A stretch of DNA of 64,000 bases, from the NCBI GenBank assembly GCA_963761305.1, contig CAVXGK010000002.1, positions 1,504,001-1,568,000 of the forward strand, written 5' to 3'. Positions 60,443 through 64,000 of this stretch are shown here, one piece after another (position 1 is the stretch's first letter; every line of letters starts with the position of its first letter). The notes under the pieces are model-generated. The model ran no database searches, had not been told where the DNA came from, and was given only the letters and a program-made list of their open reading frames with translations. Both the position numbers and the translations under genes were made by a program. The stretch comes from an uncultured Gemmatimonadaceae bacterium (GTDB taxonomy: Bacteria; Gemmatimonadota; Gemmatimonadetes; Gemmatimonadales; Gemmatimonadaceae).

Positions 60443-63400
60443 TCATCCGCCGCCGCGCGCGACTCCACCTGGCACTCCGCCTCCATTCGTGCCACTGCCC
60501 GGCGCGAACACGCCGCCCGGTGTCCCCGACGTGCCCGATCTCACCGCGGCCAGATAGCGTAGATCGAGATACGCCATGATCAGATCGGGGAGCTTGCGCT
60601 GTTGTTCGGGCGTCAGCAGAGTCCTCACGGACGGCACGATCCCCACCAGCACGTCGACCGACGCCTCACGCGCGCGGCGGTAGCGTTGATATGCATCGCC
60701 CTGATCGTACGCCTCCGGCAGCGACGCGTAGTACCTCGCGACCGGCGTCCAGATCGAGTCGAGTTGGATCACGTATCGGCGATTCATCGTCGCCACGCTG
60801 TCTGCCTGCACGGACGTGAGGCCGAGCGTCGCCGCGTCGCGGAGAATCGCGTCCAACGGATTGATGATCCCGCCCGAACCATACGCCAGCCGCAGCATCG
60901 GCTCCGACACCTTCGTCCCGCCGGACGTGCGCCCGCGATCGAGCGTCTGCGTGAGCGCCTGGCGCTCGCGCGACGGTCCGACGTCGACTCTCAGCGATGC
61001 CGTGAGCGTCACCGGAGTCCGAATCGCGCTCGCGAACTGGCTCGTGTTTCCAAATCGCTGATTGACCTGGTACGTGTACGACAACGTCTGCGGGTCGAAG
61101 CCGCGCACGAACAGCAGGCGCGGATCCGGGAAGGCCGCCTGCCCCCATCCGTGCGTGTGGTTCTCGCCATGAAGCAGATAGTCCGCCGCACCGAGCGGAT
61201 TGCCGATGACGAACGACAGCGTCGCGCGTTGCGGGAGCCGAACGCGAACCGGATTGAGTGCGATGGTCATGAACGCCGTCGACGTCCACGGGCCCTCGCA
61301 GCTGTTTCTGGCCGCGAGTTGGCCGAGCTGCTGGTCAAGGCAGTCGCGCACTCGCGATGATGAGCTCGCGAGCAGCGCCGACATGTCCGAGGCGAGCGCC
61401 GCATTGGCGGGCGCCGAGCGCGTGGGATCGACGATGAACGCGCGATCGTTGGCGTAGCCGTCGCCGTTCACGTCGCTCGCGACCATCGGCGTGAACGGCA
61501 TGCCTGACAGGAATCGCTGAATCCAGTTCACCCGCACGACGTCGAACACGTTGCTGCCCACGTTGGCGATCACCTGATGCCGCCAGTCGGCCGACGACCG
61601 GCCGCCGGATTCGTCGAACGGATTGCCGACGGTGCTGGCGAAACCGCTCGCGTTGTCGCGCACGCTGTTGAGCGTGTAGCTCAGCCCCCACGTGTATTGG
61701 GAGTTCACCGACGCGGGTGAGAGCGAGATCGTGAGCTGTTTGCTCGTGGACGTGAGATTCGAGCGGAGCTCGGTCACGCGATTGAACTCGGGCGTGACCC
61801 GCCCGTCGAGCGGCGCGATCGCTCCCGTGCCGGGCACGATGCTCGTCGGGTCGACGAACACGGGCCGCCCGTCTTCGCCGGGCAACGTGAAGCGCGTCGT
61901 CGGGTCGACGTTCAGGTCGACGAACCCCGGCTGGTTCATGTTGCGCGAGAAGGTCGTCGTGATCGTCGCCATCGCGCGGTTGTCGAGCACCGCGCCGGCC
62001 CACTGCAGCGTCGACCGCAGACTTCGTTGCGACGCGTAGTTCGGCGCGAACAGCGTCACGTTCGGGCCGGTGTTCGCAAACGGCGTCCCACTGCCGAGGG
62101 TCCCGTCGAGGCACTCGCTCGGAACCGAGCCCGGATCGGCGGCGTAGGCGTGCCAGTCGGGAATCGGCGTCGCGCTCCCGACGCACGTGATCTGCTGCTG
62201 CCCGCCGAGGAGCCCGGAGTTCACCATCGCCTGACTCGGCAGCGACGCGCTGAGTGAATTCTGAAAGAGCCCGATCCCACCGCGCACCACGGCGCGCGGA
62301 AGCCTCGCCGCGCCGTCGAACGCGCCGATCTGTGGCGCTGTGCCGTATGTCCACGAGAATCCGACCCGCGGGCTCACGTACAGCCCGTTGGGCACGTTGT
62401 CGTTTCGAACGTCGAACAGATTCTCCACGTCCGAGTTCAGCGTGGGGCGCTGCGGGTAACGATTGGCGTCGACGCGAGCGCCGTATACGATCTGCAAGTC
62501 GGGCGTTGGACGATACGAGTCGCCGAGCGAGAGGCCACCGATCCACTCGCCGCCGCTCGCCCGAGTCGGCGTCAACTCACGCGTGAACGACGCCGGTTGA
62601 TTCGCCGCCAGATCGGCGAGCGAGTTGAACGTGAACGTGCCGAGCCCGTTGTTCGCCTGATCGATCGAGTAGCCGTCGCGCCGGATCTCGCTCGTCAACT
62701 TCACGCGGTGCTTGTTGTTGGCGCTGAACCACGAGAGCTGATTGGTGAGATCGATCGAGTTGTTCGTCGTGCTCGTGCTGGCCGACGTTCCGCCGAACGC
62801 GATCGACTGGACGCCGCTCGTGCCGTCGGGGAACGCGGAGTTGACGATGACGTTGCCGCTCGAGAGGTCGAGGTACGGCGTGAGATAGCGATGCGCCGCG
62901 CTGTAGCCGATCGCGCTCTCACTCAGCACTCCAAAGCCGAAGAAGCCGCTGTGATGCGCCTGCAGTGCGCCGTTCCACGACGTCGCGTTGAAGCTCGCCG
63001 CCGGCAGCATCGTACTCAGTGCCGACGCCGGCGACGACCGGTTCCATGCGCCCTGGAACGTGAGGTTGTACGCCTGCCCGCTGGTCGACGACGGCGGTGT
63101 GAGATCGAGGCTGCCGAGGATGAGCCCTTGGTCGCTCAACCGATCGCTCGGAAATCCGCCGACGGTGGCCGGCACGTGCGCACCGCTGAGAATGTCGATC
63201 AGCCGGTGGAGCGAATCCGCCGCGATGCCGTCGGCCTCGAGTCCGAGCGAATCGGTGTTCAGCAGGGTGTGGAGGTCGTTCCCCCTTCGCCCAAACTGGT
63301 ACGCCATACTATAGAAGGCCTTGTCGAGCGCGAACGGGCCCGACACCGCACCGCCGACATTCGCGTTCGTGTATTGCTGGCCAAGGGCGCGTCCGGTCGC

Positions 63401-64000
63401 GTCGGTCCACTCCAACTGCGGGGCATTGAACAGAACGCTCGACGCCCGGTTGATGTAGTTGGATCCTGGAATCGTCCGGATGTTGATGCGCCCGCCGCTG
63501 AACTGTCCCTGCGATACGTCGTACGGCGACGTGGCGAGGCTCACCGACACGCCCGCGTCGCGCGGGATGTCCGTCGCGCCGCTGTTGAGACCATTGAGCG
63601 ACGTGGCGTTCTGGTCCTGGTCGAGGCCGAGCACCGAGATGCCCGACGGATCACCGTTCACACCCTGCACGTACAGCACGCCCGGAAGCGTCGCCGCCAT
63701 CGCCGCCAGCTCACCGACTTGATCGGGCGGCACGAGCCCCGACATGATCGACTTCTCGGTGCCGCTGATGTCTGGTGCCGTCGCGCCGCGCACGGGACGA
63801 TTGCGATTGCGCTCGCCCGTTGTGACGACCGTGTCGAGCACGGCGCCGATCGGCGTGAGGCGCGCGTCGCCGAGGAGAATGTCTTGGTCGGCGGTGCGCT
63901 TGACCTCGACGCGTCGCGGCGAGAACCCGATCACCACGAACGTGATGAAGTAGTCGCCTTCCGCCTCGGGGAACGTGATCGTGTAGCGGCCGTCCTTGTC
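60443..64000 (-). CDS. TonB-dependent-receptor-like outer-membrane protein with N-terminal carboxypeptidase-regulatory-like domain (5' end outside the window)
   Basis: DKDGRYTITF..GDY N-terminal beta-sandwich, TLPGV and LNGL plug-like motifs, G.FSGG, SPRVGFSW and many amphipathic strands; frame open to the window edge. Confidence 0.8.
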   Translation of the reverse strand, partial: DKDGRYTITFPEAEGDYFITFVVIGFSPRRVEVKRTADQDILLGDARLTPIGAVLDTVVTTGERNRNRPVRGATAPDISGTEKSIMSGLVPPDQVGELAAMAATLPGVLYVQGVNGDPSGISVLGLDQDQNATSLNGLNSGATDIPRDAGVSVSLATSPYDVSQGQFSGGRINIRTIPGSNYINRASSVLFNAPQLEWTDATGRALGQQYTNANVGGAVSGPFALDKAFYSMAYQFGRRGNDLHTLLNTDSLGLEADGIAADSLHRLIDILSGAHVPATVGGFPSDRLSDQGLILGSLDLTPPSSTSGQAYNLTFQGAWNRSSPASALSTMLPAASFNATSWNGALQAHHSGFFGFGVLSESAIGYSAAHRYLTPYLDLSSGNVIVNSAFPDGTSGVQSIAFGGTSASTSTTNNSIDLTNQLSWFSANNKHRVKLTSEIRRDGYSIDQANNGLGTFTFNSLADLAANQPASFTRELTPTRASGGEWIGGLSLGDSYRPTPDLQIVYGARVDANRYPQRPTLNSDVENLFDVRNDNVPNGLYVSPRVGFSWTYGTAPQIGAFDGAARLPRAVVRGGIGLFQNSLSASLPSQAMVNSGLLGGQQQITCVGSATPIPDWHAYAADPGSVPSECLDGTLGSGTPFANTGPNVTLFAPNYASQRSLRSTLQWAGAVLDNRAMATITTTFSRNMNQPGFVDLNVDPTTRFTLPGEDGRPVFVDPTSIVPGTGAIAPLDGRVTPEFNRVTELRSNLTSTSKQLTISLSPASVNSQYTWGLSYTLNSVRDNASGFASTVGNPFDESGGRSSADWRHQVIANVGSNVFDVVRVNWIQRFLSGMPFTPMVASDVNGDGYANDRAFIVDPTRSAPANAALASDMSALLASSSSRVRDCLDQQLGQLAARNSCEGPWTSTAFMTIALNPVRVRLPQRATLSFVIGNPLGAADYLLHGENHTHGWGQAAFPDPRLLFVRGFDPQTLSYTYQVNQRFGNTSQFASAIRTPVTLTASLRVDVGPSRERQALTQTLDRGRTSGGTKVSEPMLRLAYGSGGIINPLDAILRDAATLGLTSVQADSVATMNRRYVIQLDSIWTPVARYYASLPEAYDQGDAYQRYRRAREASVDVLVGIVPSVRTLLTPEQQRKLPDLIMAYLDLRYLAAVRSGTSGTPGGVFAPGSGTNGGGVPGGVARGGG

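Overview
High-GC (roughly two-thirds G+C) bacterial chromosomal segment, gene-dense, with about 55 CDS and no rRNA, tRNA, CRISPR array, integrase or transposase recognised. The gene content (PadR + ADOP duplicated permeases, Ser/Thr kinase-TPR receptor, DUF5916, TonB-receptor-like protein with beta-propeller partners, CBM48/ECF cluster) suggests Gemmatimonadota; this is inference. Most CDS are envelope hydrolases, transporters and regulators. The most interesting signals are non-coding. (1) A four-helix-bundle (23S-IVS-protein family) gene is bracketed by inverted 16-bp tandem arrays, and a gene-less twin of the same element lies 4 kb upstream. (2) A ~103-bp dispersed repeat built from five TCNGANN heptamers occurs four times and punctuates a run of cassette-like genes. 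(3) An ECF sigma cluster with two CBM48-like proteins carries three copies of a shared GTGAC-N17/18-GGTA promoter motif. (4) GTCAC-N6-GTCAC (Pho-box-like) repeats precede each of three phosphatases that cluster with a di-heme peroxidase-like protein. (5) A two-state, SD-sequestering 5' leader precedes an ankyrin gene. Also present are a lone nirK-type lipoprotein and two gene remnants near 56.8-57.8 kb. All family calls come from motif recognition by eye; no searches were run.
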